A model generated the notes under the pieces. The model was not told where the DNA came from. It saw nothing but the letters and a program-made list of their open reading frames with translations, and ran no database searches. DNA of 64,000 nucleotides, taken from an uncultured Chloroflexia bacterium. GTDB lineage: Bacteria; Chloroflexota; Dehalococcoidia; UBA2979. A program made the position numbers and the translations under genes. The stretch is from assembly GCA_963728205.1 (NCBI GenBank), contig CAVSIV010000001.1, forward strand, positions 192,001 through 256,000, given 5' to 3'. Position 1 is the stretch's first letter, and the number at the start of each line of letters is the position of its first letter. Shown piece by piece: positions 9,313 through 19,808 of this stretch.

Positions 9313-9350
9313 TTGACGCGAACAGGCGTTCTGTATAGAACATCTGTGCG
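9313..9350 (+). promoter_or_regulatory. Promoter with LexA SOS box(es), GAAC-N4-GTTC type
   Basis: ttgacg -35 followed by cGAACaggcGTTCt (9319-9332) and degenerate aGAACatctGTGCg (9337-9350), upstream of a DNA-repair helicase. Confidence 0.75.
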
Positions 9351-9392
9351 CGGATCCACGCGCCGGGCGGGCGGGGGCGAGGGACGGCAACG

Positions 9393-11748
9393 ATGACGGT
9401 GGCCCGGGCGAAGCACGCCCTGATCGCGGCAATCGAGGAGATCGGCGGCACGGCCGAGTGGCGCACGCTCCCCCCGCGCCCGGCGCGCTATGGACGGTGG
9501 CCGGACGGCCTCGACAGGCGCGTCGTGGATGCGCTCGCCCGGCGCGGCATCGCGCACCCCTACACGCACCAGCAGACCGCTGTCGGGCACGCGCTCGCGG
9601 GCCGTGACCAGGTCGTGGTCACGCCGACGGCATCGGGCAAGACGCTCTGCTACACGGTCCCGGTGCTGCAGGCGATCCTCGACGACCCGTCGGCGCGCGC
9701 CCTCTACCTCTTCCCCACGAAGGCGCTCGCGCAGGACCAGCTGCACGAGCTGCACGCGCTGGTCGGCGAGGCGGCCATCGACGTGAAGACGTTCACGTAC
9801 GACGGGGACACGCCGCCCGCGAACCGGCGCGCGGTGCGCACCGCCGGGCACGTCGTGATCACGAACCCGGACATGCTGCACGCCGCGATCCTCCCGCATC
9901 ACACGAAGTGGGTGCGGCTGTTCGAGAACCTGCGGTACGTCGTGATCGACGAGATGCACACCTACCGCGGCGTCTTCGGCTCGCACGTCGCCAACGTGCT
10001 GCGCCGGCTGCTGCGGATCTGCCGCTTCTACGGCTCCGACCCCGTCTTCATCTGCTGCTCGGCCACGATCGCGAACCCGGGCGACCTGGCGCACGCGCTC
10101 ACCGGTCGCGACGTCGCCGTGGTCGCGGAAGACGGTGCGCCGTCGGGCGAGCGCACGGTCGTCCTCTACAACCCGCCCGTCGTGAACCGGGAGCTCGGCA
10201 TTCGCCGGGGCGTGCTTGCCTCCACCACGGATTCTCGCAGCCGCGCTGCAGGCCGAGGGCGTGCAGAGCATCGTGTTCGCCGGCTCCCGCACCAACGTCG
10301 AGCTGCTCACGCAGTACCTGCGCGACGCGCGGGGCGGCCGCCGGCGCGATCCCTCTGCGCCGGAGCCGGTGCGGGGCTATCGCTCGGGCTACCTGCCGGC
10401 CGAGCGGCGCGCGATCGAGGCCGGCCTGCGCGACGGCGACGTGCGCACCGTCGTCTCCACCAACGCACTCGAGCTCGGCGTCGACATCGGCGGACTCGAC
10501 GCTGCGGTGCTCGCCGGCTTCCCCGGCACGGTCGCCAGCTTCCGCCAGCAGGTCGGCCGCGCCGGCCGCCGCGCCGGCGAGTCGCTCGCGGTGCTCGCCG
10601 CCGGCTCGTCCCCGCTCGACCAGTACGCGGTCGCGCACCCCGAGTATCTCTTCGGCGAGAGCGTGGAGTCGGGGCTGGTGAACCCGGACAACGCGCTGAT
10701 CGCCGCCGAGCACATGAAGTGCGCCGTCTTCGAGCTGCCGCTCGAGGAGGCGGAGCTCCCGGCGCTCGGCCCGGCCGCGCCGCTCGCGCTCGAGGCGCTC
10801 GAGGAGCACGCGCTCGTCCACCGCGCGCGCGGCCGCGCCTACTGGACGAGCGAGGCCTACCCCGCGCAGGAAATCTCGCTGCGCCGCGGCGCGGAGCAGA
10901 ACGTCGTCATCGTCGACCAGGGCCCGCCGGCACGCGTGATCGGCGAGGTCGATCGACCGTCGGCGATGACGCTGCTGCACGACGAGGCCATCTACATGCA
11001 CGACGGCCGCCAGTACCACGTCGACCGCCTCGACTGGGAGGAGCTCAAGGCGTACGTGCGGCCGGTCGACGTGGACTACTACACCGACGCCCAGCTGGCG
11101 GTGGACCTGAAGGTGATCGAGGAGTTCGCGACGCGGGACGCCCCGGCGCTGCACGGATTCGGCGGCGTCGCCGTGACGTATCTCGCGACGTTGTTCAAGA
11201 AGCTGAAGCTCGAGACGCGCGAGAACATCGGCTGGGGGAAGATCCGCCTGCCGCAGGACGACCTGCATACGGAGGCGTTCTGGCTCGCGCTGCCCGACGC
11301 GCTGATCGCCGGCTGGTCTCGCGCGGCACTCGAGGGGGCGCTCGCGGGCCTCGGCTCGCTGCTCGTGCACGTCGCGCCGCTGCTGCTCATGATCGACCCG
11401 CGCGATCTGCACCTCGCGGCGCAGGTCAAGTCGCCGCACACCGGCCGGCCAACCGCGTTCCTGTGGGAGGCGGTGCCCGGCGGTGTCGGGCTCAGCCAGC
11501 ACCTCTTCGATCACACCGACGACCTGGTACGCATGGCCCGCGCCATCGTCGACGCCTGCCCGTGCGCCGACGGCTGCCCGGGCTGCGTCGGCCCGCCGGC
11601 CGCGCCCGGCGTCGGCGTGAAGTCGCTCGTGCGCGAGGTCTTCGCGTCGCTCGCTGAGGAGGCGACGGCGTGCGCCCCCGCTCCGGGGGCCGTCGCGCGC
11701 CGGCCCGCCGTGCGCGAGCCGGCCGGTGCGCCCGTTGCCGGGGTCTGA
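9393..11748 (+). CDS. mrfA: DEAD/DEAH-box helicase with DUF1998 Zn domain (MrfA/YprA); frameshift near 10225
   Basis: TPTASGKT, FPTKALAQDQ, DEMH, SATI in frame 1; TNALELGVDIG, QQVGRAGR, CPCADGCPGC in the next frame. Confidence 0.85.
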
Positions 11749-11750
11749 GG

Positions 11751-13049
11751 GTGCTGCTCGCCGAGCGTCCTGCTCCGCGGAACGAGACGCGGCGCCAGCT
11801 GCAGGAGCTGATCCGGCGCCTCGAGCGCCGCCGGCCGCCCGCGCCCGCGCCGGCGCGCGCGGCGACGCCGGCGGCCGAGCCACTCCCCGGGCTGACGCGC
11901 CGCGAGACCGACGAGGGGCCGTGCACCTACCGCGAGCTGCGGCTGCCCGCGACCACGGAGATTGGGCGGCAGCCACTCGCGTCGCTGTTCGCACTTCCCG
12001 ACGGCGTGCTGCCGTTCCTCGCGCCCGGCGAGGATCTCGAGGACGCGGCCGTTCCCGACCTGCTCTTTCTCGACATCGAGACCACCGGCCTCGGCGGCGC
12101 CGGCGCCATGGCGTTCCTCGTCGCCACCGGCCGAGTCGAGGGCGACGCGTTCGTCCTGCGCCAGTACCTGGCGCTCGCCCCCGAGGAGGAGGCGTCCGTG
12201 CTGGCCGCGCTCGCCGCCGACGTGCGCGCGGAGGACGACCCCGTGCTCGTCACCTACAACGGACGCGGCTTCGACGCCCCGATGCTCGACGGCCGCATGA
12301 CGATGCACCGGCGTCGCGGCCGCTTCGAGGCGCTGCGCCACCTCGACCTGCTCGGCGTCGCGCGCACGCTCTATCGCGGTCTGCTCGACTCGTGCCGCCT
12401 CGGCGTCGTCGAGGCAGAGCTGCTCGGCATGAGTCGTCCCGGCGGCGAGATCCCCGGGAGCGAGGTGCCGACGTGGTACTTCCGCTACCTGCACACGCGC
12501 GACATGCGCTACCTCGCGCCGATCGTGCGTCACAACGAGCTCGACGTGGTCGCACTGGGCGGGCTGCTCGCACGCCTCGGCGAGCTCGCGGACGGCGCGT
12601 CCGCGCCGGCGCATGGCGGCGAGGCGCTCGCGTTCGGGCGGTTGCTCGCGCGGCGCGGCCGGAGCGACGACGCCATCGCGCGCATCGAGCACGCGCTGGC
12701 GGTGCTGGCGCCGTCGGCGGCGCGCGACGACGGGCTGCTCCGGCTTGCGGCGCTCCACAAGCGGGCGGGGAGGCGCGACCGCGCGGAATCGCTGTGGGCC
12801 GAGCTCGCCGCGCGGCCCGGTCCGGCGCGGCTGCACGCGCAGACCGAGCTCGCGAAGTACTACGAGCACGAGCGCCGGGACTACGCGGCTGCGCTCACGG
12901 TGGTGGAGGCGGCGCTCGCCGTGCTCGGTGCGGCGCGACCGGTCGCCGGCGACGAGCGGCGGCGCGACGCGCTCACCTACCGCAGCGAGCGCGTGCGGCG
13001 GAAGCTGGAACGGGCGGCTGCACGGAACGCGGCTGCTGCCACGCGGTGA
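11751..13049 (+). CDS. mrfB: RNase H-like (DEDDh) exonuclease with C-terminal TPR (MrfB/YprB)
   Basis: LFLDIETTGLGGAG, VTYNGRGFDAP, HLDLL, HNELDV, ELAKYYEH; directly follows mrfA. Confidence 0.85.
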   Translation: MLLAERPAPRNETRRQLQELIRRLERRRPPAPAPARAATPAAEPLPGLTRRETDEGPCTYRELRLPATTEIGRQPLASLFALPDGVLPFLAPGEDLEDAAVPDLLFLDIETTGLGGAGAMAFLVATGRVEGDAFVLRQYLALAPEEEASVLAALAADVRAEDDPVLVTYNGRGFDAPMLDGRMTMHRRRGRFEALRHLDLLGVARTLYRGLLDSCRLGVVEAELLGMSRPGGEIPGSEVPTWYFRYLHTRDMRYLAPIVRHNELDVVALGGLLARLGELADGASAPAHGGEALAFGRLLARRGRSDDAIARIEHALAVLAPSAARDDGLLRLAALHKRAGRRDRAESLWAELAARPGPARLHAQTELAKYYEHERRDYAAALTVVEAALAVLGAARPVAGDERRRDALTYRSERVRRKLERAAARNAAAATR

Positions 13050-13056
13050 GACGAAA

Positions 13057-13085
13057 CGAGCCGCCGGGGACTACCCGGCGGCTCG
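13057..13085. terminator. Hairpin between convergent genes
   Basis: cgagccgccggg..cccggcggctcg inverted repeat just after mrfB stop. Confidence 0.55.
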
Positions 13086-13113
13086 CCTCGTGATCGCTGC
13101 GGTTGCGCCGCCC

Positions 13114-14118
13114 CTAGGTGGATGCGCCCGTCGGAGTGGGGGTTCCACTCGGCGCGGAGCCGCCCGGGCCACCACGGAAGCCGTGGCCGCCTTCGAACCC
13201 GTGCCGGCCGCGGTGGCCCGGACCGCCCGGTCCGCCGAAGCCGAACGGTCCGTTGCCGATCGCCGCCTGCACGGCCGCCTGGTCGATCCCGAGCTCCTTC
13301 GCCAGCGCAGCGACGAAGTCGGACCGGTACGTCTGTGGGTCGGTCCCGGCCGCCGGCTTCCCGACGTCGGTCCGTGCCTTCTCAATCGCCGCCTTCAGGG
13401 CGTCGGTCGTGACGCCCAGTTTCGTCGCGACCGAGTCGAGCGCGTTCACGCCTCTACCCGCCCGCGGTCCGCCGAACGGAAAGTGCAAGTCGCCGACCGC
13501 GGCCTGGACAGTCGCCTGGTCGATCCCGAGCTCCTTCGCGAGCGCCGCGATGAAATCGCCGCGCAGCGTCTGCGGATCGGTGCCCGCGGCCGGCGTGCCG
13601 ACGTCGGTCTTCGCCTGCTGGAGCGCCGTCTTCAGCGCGTCGGTCGTGACGCCGAGCTGCTGCGCGACCCGGTCGAGCTCGTCGACGCGGTCGCCGAACC
13701 GGCCGAGCGGCAGCTTGCCGACGGCCGCCTGCACCTTCGCCTGGTCGATGCCCAGCGCCTGCGCGAGCGCTGCGACGAAGTCGGAGCGCAGCGTCTGCGG
13801 GTCGGCGCCGGCGGCCGGCGTGCCGACGGCGGTCTTCGCCTGCTGGAGGGCCGCCTTCAGTGCGTCGGTCGTGACGCCGAGCTGCTGCGCGAGCGCGTCG
13901 AGGCCGGCTCCGGCGCGCTTGCCCCACGCGCCGTGCGGCCCGGGGTGGCCGCCGGGGCCGGGCGTGGCCGTCGCCGTCGCCTGCTGGGCGACGGCCGCCG
14001 CCGTCGCCGCCGTCGCGTTCTGTCCCTGGTAGCTGGCGACCGCGATCGCCGGCACGGCGATGGCGGCCGCGGCTGCGAGCCCAACGATGCTCGCGGTCCG
14101 GTGCTTGAGCTTCCACAT
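13114..14118 (-). CDS. Secreted helical-repeat protein of unknown function
   Basis: Signal peptide; three ~60-aa repeats (AQQLGVTTDALKAAL..FVAALAKELGIDQA.VQAA); Gly/His/Pro-rich tail. Confidence 0.8.
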   Translation of the reverse strand: MWKLKHRTASIVGLAAAAAIAVPAIAVASYQGQNATAATAAAVAQQATATATPGPGGHPGPHGAWGKRAGAGLDALAQQLGVTTDALKAALQQAKTAVGTPAAGADPQTLRSDFVAALAQALGIDQAKVQAAVGKLPLGRFGDRVDELDRVAQQLGVTTDALKTALQQAKTDVGTPAAGTDPQTLRGDFIAALAKELGIDQATVQAAVGDLHFPFGGPRAGRGVNALDSVATKLGVTTDALKAAIEKARTDVGKPAAGTDPQTYRSDFVAALAKELGIDQAAVQAAIGNGPFGFGGPGGPGHRGRHGFEGGHGFRGGPGGSAPSGTPTPTGAST

Positions 14119-14271
14119 GGGCGATACCCCTCGTTTGCGGGTGGGATGCGTTCGTTTTGTGCGCCCCGCGGTTGCGCGCGGATGCGGGGCTGCGAGATCG
14201 ACCCTATGAGGGCGGGGATAAGACCTGCGTAAACGGTCGTGCCGGAGCGTGCGCAGGAGGCGCGCCCGCGG

Positions 14272-15483
14272 TCAGGCGCTCGCGGCGCCCGCGCGGCGCG
14301 GGATCGCCACGCGCACCTCGAGCCCGCCGCCGGTCACCGGCGCCGCCGCGGCGCGCCCCTGGTGGTGCTCCGCGACCGCGCGCACGATCGACAGGCCGAG
14401 CCCGTAGCCGCCCGTCGCGCGGCTGCGCGACGCGTCGCGCCGCGCGAAGCGCTCGAACAGCCCGTCGACCTCCGCGGGCGCGATCTCGTCGCCGCTGTTC
14501 GTCACCACGACCACCGCGTTGCCGTTGTCGACCGACGTGGAGACGCGCACCCACCCGCCGGCCCGGTTGTGCGCGATCGCGTTCGTCACGAGGTTGTCGA
14601 TCATGCGCTCGAGCAGCACCCGGTCGCCCATCACCTCCACCGGCGCCAGCGCGCCGTCCACCGTCACGCCCGCCGCGCCCGCCGCGTCCGCGTGACTCGC
14701 CATCGTCCGCCGCGCGACCTCCGACAGGTCGACGGCGACGGCCGGCCCCGGCGGGCTGTCCGCGCGCGCCAGCGTGAGCAGCGCGTCGATCAGGGCCTGC
14801 GCGCGGCCCAGCGCGCGCCGCACAACCTCCGCCATGTGCTCGATCTCGTCGGGGGGAACGTCGTCGTGGCCGACCGTCACGTCGAGCTCGGTGCGGATCA
14901 CCGTGAGCGGCGTGCGCAGCTCGTGCGCCGCGTTCGCGACGAACGAGCGCTGCGCCTCGAACGCGCGCTGGAGGCGGTCGAGCATCACGTCGAACTGGTC
15001 GGCCAGCTCCTTGAGCTCGTCATCGGGGCCCTGCAGTGCCACGCGCTCGTGCAGCCGCTCGTCCGAGATGCGCCGCACGGTGTCGGTCATCTCCGAGATC
15101 GGGCGCAGCATGCGGCCGGCCATCAGCCATCCGAGCCCCAGCGACGGCACGGCGAGCAGCGCCAGCAGCACCGTCGACTGCACGAGCAGCTGCCGCAACG
15201 TGTCCGTCTTGATCTGCTGCGCCGCGCTGTCGAGGACGTCGCCCAGGCGAAACGTCGCCGGCGGCGCGTTGTCGCGCGGGAACTGGGCGCGGCGTCCGCC
15301 CGTGAACGCCTCGACCGGCACGCCGAGCCGCGCGGCGGCCTGCTCGCGGAACGCGGTCGGGTCGGAGGGGAACATCTCGCGCACGAGCAGGAAGTTGATC
15401 GCGAGCAGCGTGAAGCCCGTCAGCAGGAAGAGCCCGCCGTACCAGAGGGTGAGGCGCAGCCGGATCGTCCGGCGCAGCGGCAT
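14272..15483 (-). CDS. HAMP-domain sensor histidine kinase
   Basis: RLRLTLWY TM, GPDDELKELAD HAMP, AAHELRTPL, NLVTNAI, GYGLGLSIV; TGATG overlap with regulator. Confidence 0.9.
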   Translation of the reverse strand: MPLRRTIRLRLTLWYGGLFLLTGFTLLAINFLLVREMFPSDPTAFREQAAARLGVPVEAFTGGRRAQFPRDNAPPATFRLGDVLDSAAQQIKTDTLRQLLVQSTVLLALLAVPSLGLGWLMAGRMLRPISEMTDTVRRISDERLHERVALQGPDDELKELADQFDVMLDRLQRAFEAQRSFVANAAHELRTPLTVIRTELDVTVGHDDVPPDEIEHMAEVVRRALGRAQALIDALLTLARADSPPGPAVAVDLSEVARRTMASHADAAGAAGVTVDGALAPVEVMGDRVLLERMIDNLVTNAIAHNRAGGWVRVSTSVDNGNAVVVVTNSGDEIAPAEVDGLFERFARRDASRSRATGGYGLGLSIVRAVAEHHQGRAAAAPVTGGGLEVRVAIPRRAGAASA

Positions 15484-16136
15484 CAGATGCGGTACCCGGA
15501 CCCGACCACGGTCTCGACCACGGGCGGATTGCCGAGCCGGCGCCGCAGCGTCATCACCACCACGCGCACCGCGTTCGTGAACGGATCCGTGTGCTCGTCC
15601 CACGCGCGCTCGAGCAGCTCCTCGGTCGAGACCACGCGTCCGTCGGCGCGCAGCAGGATCTCGAGCACCGCGAACTCCTTCGGCGTGAGCCCCACCTCGG
15701 TGCCGTCGCGCGTCACGGTGCGCAGCGCGGGGTCGAGCCGGATGCCGGCGCGTTCGAGGACCGGTGCTCGCGTCTCGGCGCCGCGGCGCACCAGCGCGCG
15801 CAGCCGCGCACGAAGCTCGTCGAAGTCGAATGGCTTCGGGAGGTAGTCGTCCGCGCCGAGGTCGAGGCCCTCGACGCGATCCTCGACCGCACCGGCCGCG
15901 GTCAGCATGAGGATGCGCGCGTGCGAGCCGGACTCGTGGAGGCGCCGGCAGACCTCGTCGCCGTGCAGCACCGGGAGGTTGCGATCGAGGAGCACGACGT
16001 CGTAGTCGCTCACCTCGGCCTTCTCGAGCGCGGTGCCTCCGTCGAAGGCGACGTCTACGGCCCAGCCGTCGCGCCGCAGCCCGCGCGACAGCGCGTCCGC
16101 GAGGTCGCGTTCGTCCTCGACGATGAGCAGGCGCAT
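15483..16136 (-). CDS. OmpR-family response regulator (CutR-like)
   Basis: MRLLIVEDE, LDRNLP, GADDYLPKPF, AWDEHTDPFTNAVRV. Confidence 0.92.
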   Translation of the reverse strand: MRLLIVEDERDLADALSRGLRRDGWAVDVAFDGGTALEKAEVSDYDVVLLDRNLPVLHGDEVCRRLHESGSHARILMLTAAGAVEDRVEGLDLGADDYLPKPFDFDELRARLRALVRRGAETRAPVLERAGIRLDPALRTVTRDGTEVGLTPKEFAVLEILLRADGRVVSTEELLERAWDEHTDPFTNAVRVVVMTLRRRLGNPPVVETVVGSGYRI

Positions 16137-16313
16137 GGTGGGCTCCCGGCCTCGGCTGGTCGCGCCAGCGTATCGCCACCGAAATAAGGCGCGAGTAAGG
16201 CGAGGCTCCGCGGCGAGGCGCTCCGCGGCGAACCCCCTCGCGTGAGCGAGCTGAGATGCCGCGCGGTGCGTGGGGAGCGTTCTCCGGGCGGTCTCGCGGA
16301 CGGCGTGGCCTGC

Positions 16314-17885
16314 TCAGCCCGCTGACGCGGGGCCGTTCGCCGCCGGGCCGGCCCACCGCAGCACCGGGTGGCGTGCCGCCGTCGCCTCGTCCAGGCGGCC
16401 GATCGGGGCGGTGTGCGGCGCGGTGCGCACCAGCTCCGGGTCGCGCGCGGCCTCCTCGGCGATCGCGCGCATCGCCGACGCGAACGCCTCCACGGCCTCG
16501 CGCGACTCCGTCTCCGTCGGCTCGATCATCAGCGCCTCTTCGACGATCAGCGGGAAGTAGACCGTCGGCGGGTGGATGCCATAGTCGATCAGGCGCTTTG
16601 CGATGTCGTAGGTCCGCACGTCCGAGTCGCGGCGCTGGCGCGAGCCCGAGAACACCACCTCGTGCATCACCGCTCGCGGGTAGGGGAGCGCGTACGCGTC
16701 CTCCAGCAGCGCGCGCAGGTAGTTCGCGTTGAGCACCGCGTTCGCCGACGTCGCGCGCAGCCCGGCGAGCCCGAGCGTGCGGATGTAGGCGTAGGCCCGT
16801 AGCAGCACGCCGACGCTGCCGTGGAACTGCTGCAGCTGGCCGATCGAGTCCGCCGGGCGCGTGAACGCGAACCGCTCGTCTTCGTCGGCCGCCGCGCCGT
16901 CGCTTGCCTCGCCGCCCGTGCGCACCACCACCGGCGCCGGCAGGTGCGGCGCGAGCGCGTCGCTGCAGCACACCGGACCCGCGCCGGGCCCCCCGCCGCC
17001 GTGCGGCGTCGCGAATGTCTTGTGCAGGTTGAGGTGCACGACGTCGAACCCGAGGTCGCCGAACCGCACGCGCCCGAGCAGTGCGTTGAGGTTCGCGCCG
17101 TCGCCGTAGAGCAGCGCGCCGTCCGCGTGCACGCGCTCCGCGATCTCCTCGATGCGCGGCTCCCACAGCCCGAGCGTGCTCGGCAGCGTCACCATCAGCG
17201 CCGCCACCGTGCCGTCGAGCTCGCGCTCCAGCGTCGCCAGCTCGATCGCGCCGTCCGGCCCGCTCGGCAGCTCGGTCACCGCGAAGCCGGCCATCGCCGC
17301 GCTCGCCGGGTTCGTGCCGTGCGCGCTGTCGGGGACGAGCACCCGCCGCCGCTGCTCCAGCTCGCCGCGACGTTCGAGCGCGCGCTTCACCATCAGCATG
17401 CCGGCGAGCTCGCCCTGCGCGCCGGCCGCCGGCGCGAGGCTCACCGCCGGCAGCCCCGTGATCGCGGCGAGGCACGACTGCAACTCGAAGAGCACGCGCA
17501 GCGTGCCCTGCACCGTGTCGAGCGGAGCCAGCGGGTGCCCGTCGGCGAACCCCGGCAGCGACGCCACCAGGTCGTCGACCTTCGGGTTGTACTTCATCGT
17601 GCACGAGCCCAGCGGGTAGGTGCCGGTGTCGACGCCGAAGTTGCGGCGCGAGAGCGCGTGGTAGTAGCGCACGAGCTCGCCCTGGCTGAGCGACGGCAGC
17701 CGCACCGACTCGCGCAGCAGCCCGGCCGACGGCAGCGGCGCCGGCGGCCCCTCCCAGCGCTCGACCGCCACCGCGTGTCGCCCCGGCTCCCCGCGGTCGA
17801 ACGCGAGCCGCGCGCCAAAGTCCTCCTCGCGGAAGCCACCGCCGCCGCGGACGGGTTCGACGGGCCAGCGCTCCGGCGTGGTCAT
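16314..17885 (-). CDS. gcvPB: Glycine dehydrogenase (decarboxylating) subunit 2
   Basis: YPLGSCTMKYNP, SAHGTNPASA, HLNLHKTFATPHGGGGPG (PLP Lys), EALMIEPTETES. Confidence 0.95.
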   Translation of the reverse strand: MTTPERWPVEPVRGGGGFREEDFGARLAFDRGEPGRHAVAVERWEGPPAPLPSAGLLRESVRLPSLSQGELVRYYHALSRRNFGVDTGTYPLGSCTMKYNPKVDDLVASLPGFADGHPLAPLDTVQGTLRVLFELQSCLAAITGLPAVSLAPAAGAQGELAGMLMVKRALERRGELEQRRRVLVPDSAHGTNPASAAMAGFAVTELPSGPDGAIELATLERELDGTVAALMVTLPSTLGLWEPRIEEIAERVHADGALLYGDGANLNALLGRVRFGDLGFDVVHLNLHKTFATPHGGGGPGAGPVCCSDALAPHLPAPVVVRTGGEASDGAAADEDERFAFTRPADSIGQLQQFHGSVGVLLRAYAYIRTLGLAGLRATSANAVLNANYLRALLEDAYALPYPRAVMHEVVFSGSRQRRDSDVRTYDIAKRLIDYGIHPPTVYFPLIVEEALMIEPTETESREAVEAFASAMRAIAEEAARDPELVRTAPHTAPIGRLDEATAARHPVLRWAGPAANGPASAG

Positions 17886-17964
17886 GCGGTTACCTCCCGC
17901 GACTGCCCGCGCGGCACCCCCTGGCGACGCGGCGATTGGGTCGCGCGCACGCCCGCGGCAGGGC

Positions 17965-19386
17965 TCACGCCTGCCGCTCGCCGTCGTCGGCGACGCCGTC
18001 CGCGATCTCGCGCAGCGCCGCGATCAGCGCGTCCACGTGCTCCGGCGGGGTCGCCTCCGTCACGCACACGAGCATCGCGTCGCGCGCCTCCGGCTCCGGG
18101 CGGCCCGCGAGCGCGAGCCCGCCCTCGATGCCGCGCGCGCCCAGCGCACGCCCGAGCACTTCCGCCGGCACCGGCCCCCGCACGAGAAACTCCTGGAACC
18201 ATGGCCCGCGCTCGACGACCGCGTAGCCCGGCAGCGCCGCGATCCGCGCCGCCGCGTCGTGCGCGCGCTGGTAACAGAGCTCCGCCGCCGCGCGCAGTCC
18301 CACCGGTCCCAGCGCCTGCACCGAGACCGTGAACGCGAGCGCGACCAGCGACTGCCCCGTCGAGAAGTTGGACGTCGCGCGCTCGCGCCGGATGAACTGC
18401 TCGCGCGCCTGCAGCGTCAGCACGTAGCCGGCCCGCGGCTCGCCGACAGCGTCGCGTGCGTCGCCGGCTCCGGCCGACCCATGCACCTCGCGCGTCCGCC
18501 CCACGATGCGCCCCGGCATCTGCCGCAGAAACTGCTCGCGCGCGGCGAAGATGCCGAGCGACGGACCGCCGAGCCCCGGCGGCCCGGCGAGGTCGCGCCC
18601 CTCGCCCGTCACCAGGTCGACACCCGCGTCGCCCGGCGCCCGCAGCATCCCGAGCGCGAACGGGTCGGCGACCGCGACGCACAGCGCACCGGCGGCGTGC
18701 GCCGCGGCGGCTACCGGCTCGAGGTCAAGGATCGCGCCGAGGAAGTCCGGCTGCTGCACGACCACGCACGCGTGCTCGTCGGTCACGCGATCGACCCCGG
18801 CGACCAGGTCGACCCGCAGCCCGCCGCCGAACGCGTACGTCCGCACCACGTCCACGACGCCCGGGTGTACCGGCTCGAGCAGCGCCACCGCGCGCCGCCC
18901 CGTCACGCGCGACGCCAGCAGGCACGCCTCCGCCGTCGCGCTCGCGCCGTCGTACATCCCGGTGTTCGACACGTCCATGCCGGTCAGCTCGCACACCGTC
19001 GACTGGTACTCGAACGCGGCCTGCAGGGTGCCCTGGCTCACTTCGGGCTGGTACGGCGTGTACGACGTCACGAACTCCGACCGCGCCGTCAGCGCGCCCG
19101 TGACCGCCGGCACCGCGCGGCGGTACGCGCCGGCGCCGAGGAACGACGGCCGCCCGCCGGACGTGTTCTCGCCGGCTCGCGTGCTCAACAGCCGGATCAG
19201 CGGCGCCTCCGCCAGCGCCGGCGGCAGCGCGATCACCGGGTCGCGATGTGCCGGCGGCAGCGCGTCGAACAGCGCCTCGACGCTCGCCAGCCCGAGCCGC
19301 GCGAGCATGACCGCGCGGTCGGCGTCGGTGTTCGGGATGTATGGCGTAGGCGCCGGGGCGGCCGCCCTCGTGTCGTCGTCGGGCAT
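17965..19386 (-). CDS. gcvPA: Glycine dehydrogenase (decarboxylating) subunit 1
   Basis: YIPNT, FLGAGAY, YTPYQPEVSQGTLQ, TLQAREQFIRRERATSN. Confidence 0.95.
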   Translation of the reverse strand: MPDDDTRAAAPAPTPYIPNTDADRAVMLARLGLASVEALFDALPPAHRDPVIALPPALAEAPLIRLLSTRAGENTSGGRPSFLGAGAYRRAVPAVTGALTARSEFVTSYTPYQPEVSQGTLQAAFEYQSTVCELTGMDVSNTGMYDGASATAEACLLASRVTGRRAVALLEPVHPGVVDVVRTYAFGGGLRVDLVAGVDRVTDEHACVVVQQPDFLGAILDLEPVAAAAHAAGALCVAVADPFALGMLRAPGDAGVDLVTGEGRDLAGPPGLGGPSLGIFAAREQFLRQMPGRIVGRTREVHGSAGAGDARDAVGEPRAGYVLTLQAREQFIRRERATSNFSTGQSLVALAFTVSVQALGPVGLRAAAELCYQRAHDAAARIAALPGYAVVERGPWFQEFLVRGPVPAEVLGRALGARGIEGGLALAGRPEPEARDAMLVCVTEATPPEHVDALIAALREIADGVADDGERQA

Positions 19387-19391
19387 CGCGG

Positions 19392-19781
19392 CTACTGCTC
19401 GTGCGCGGCGAGCCGCGCGCGGTAGGCGTCCGCCGTCAGCAGCGCGTCGACCTCCGCCGGCTCGCTCACCCGCACGCGGATCATCCAGGCCTCGTCGAAC
19501 GGCGACGCGTTCACGCGCTCCGGCGCGTCCGTCAGCGCCTCGTTACGCGCGACCACCTCGCCGCTCACCGGCGCGAAGAGGTCCGACACCGCCTTCACCG
19601 ACTCGATCACGCCGAACGCCTCGCCCTGCTTCAACGCGCGCCCGACCGCCGGCAGCTCGACGTAGACGACATCGCCGAGCTGCTCCTGTGCGAAGTCGGT
19701 GATGCCGACGGTGGCCTCGCCGTCGGCGAGGCGCACCCATTCGTCCTCGGTCGTGTAGCGCAACTCCGAGGGGACCTCCAC
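19392..19781 (-). CDS. gcvH: Glycine cleavage system H protein (lipoyl carrier)
   Basis: GITDFAQEQLGDVVYVELP, IESVKAVSD (lipoyl Lys). Confidence 0.95.
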   Translation of the reverse strand: MEVPSELRYTTEDEWVRLADGEATVGITDFAQEQLGDVVYVELPAVGRALKQGEAFGVIESVKAVSDLFAPVSGEVVARNEALTDAPERVNASPFDEAWMIRVRVSEPAEVDALLTADAYRARLAAHEQ

Positions 19782-19808
19782 GTAGCGGCCTTTCCGTTGC
19801 CGCCGGGA

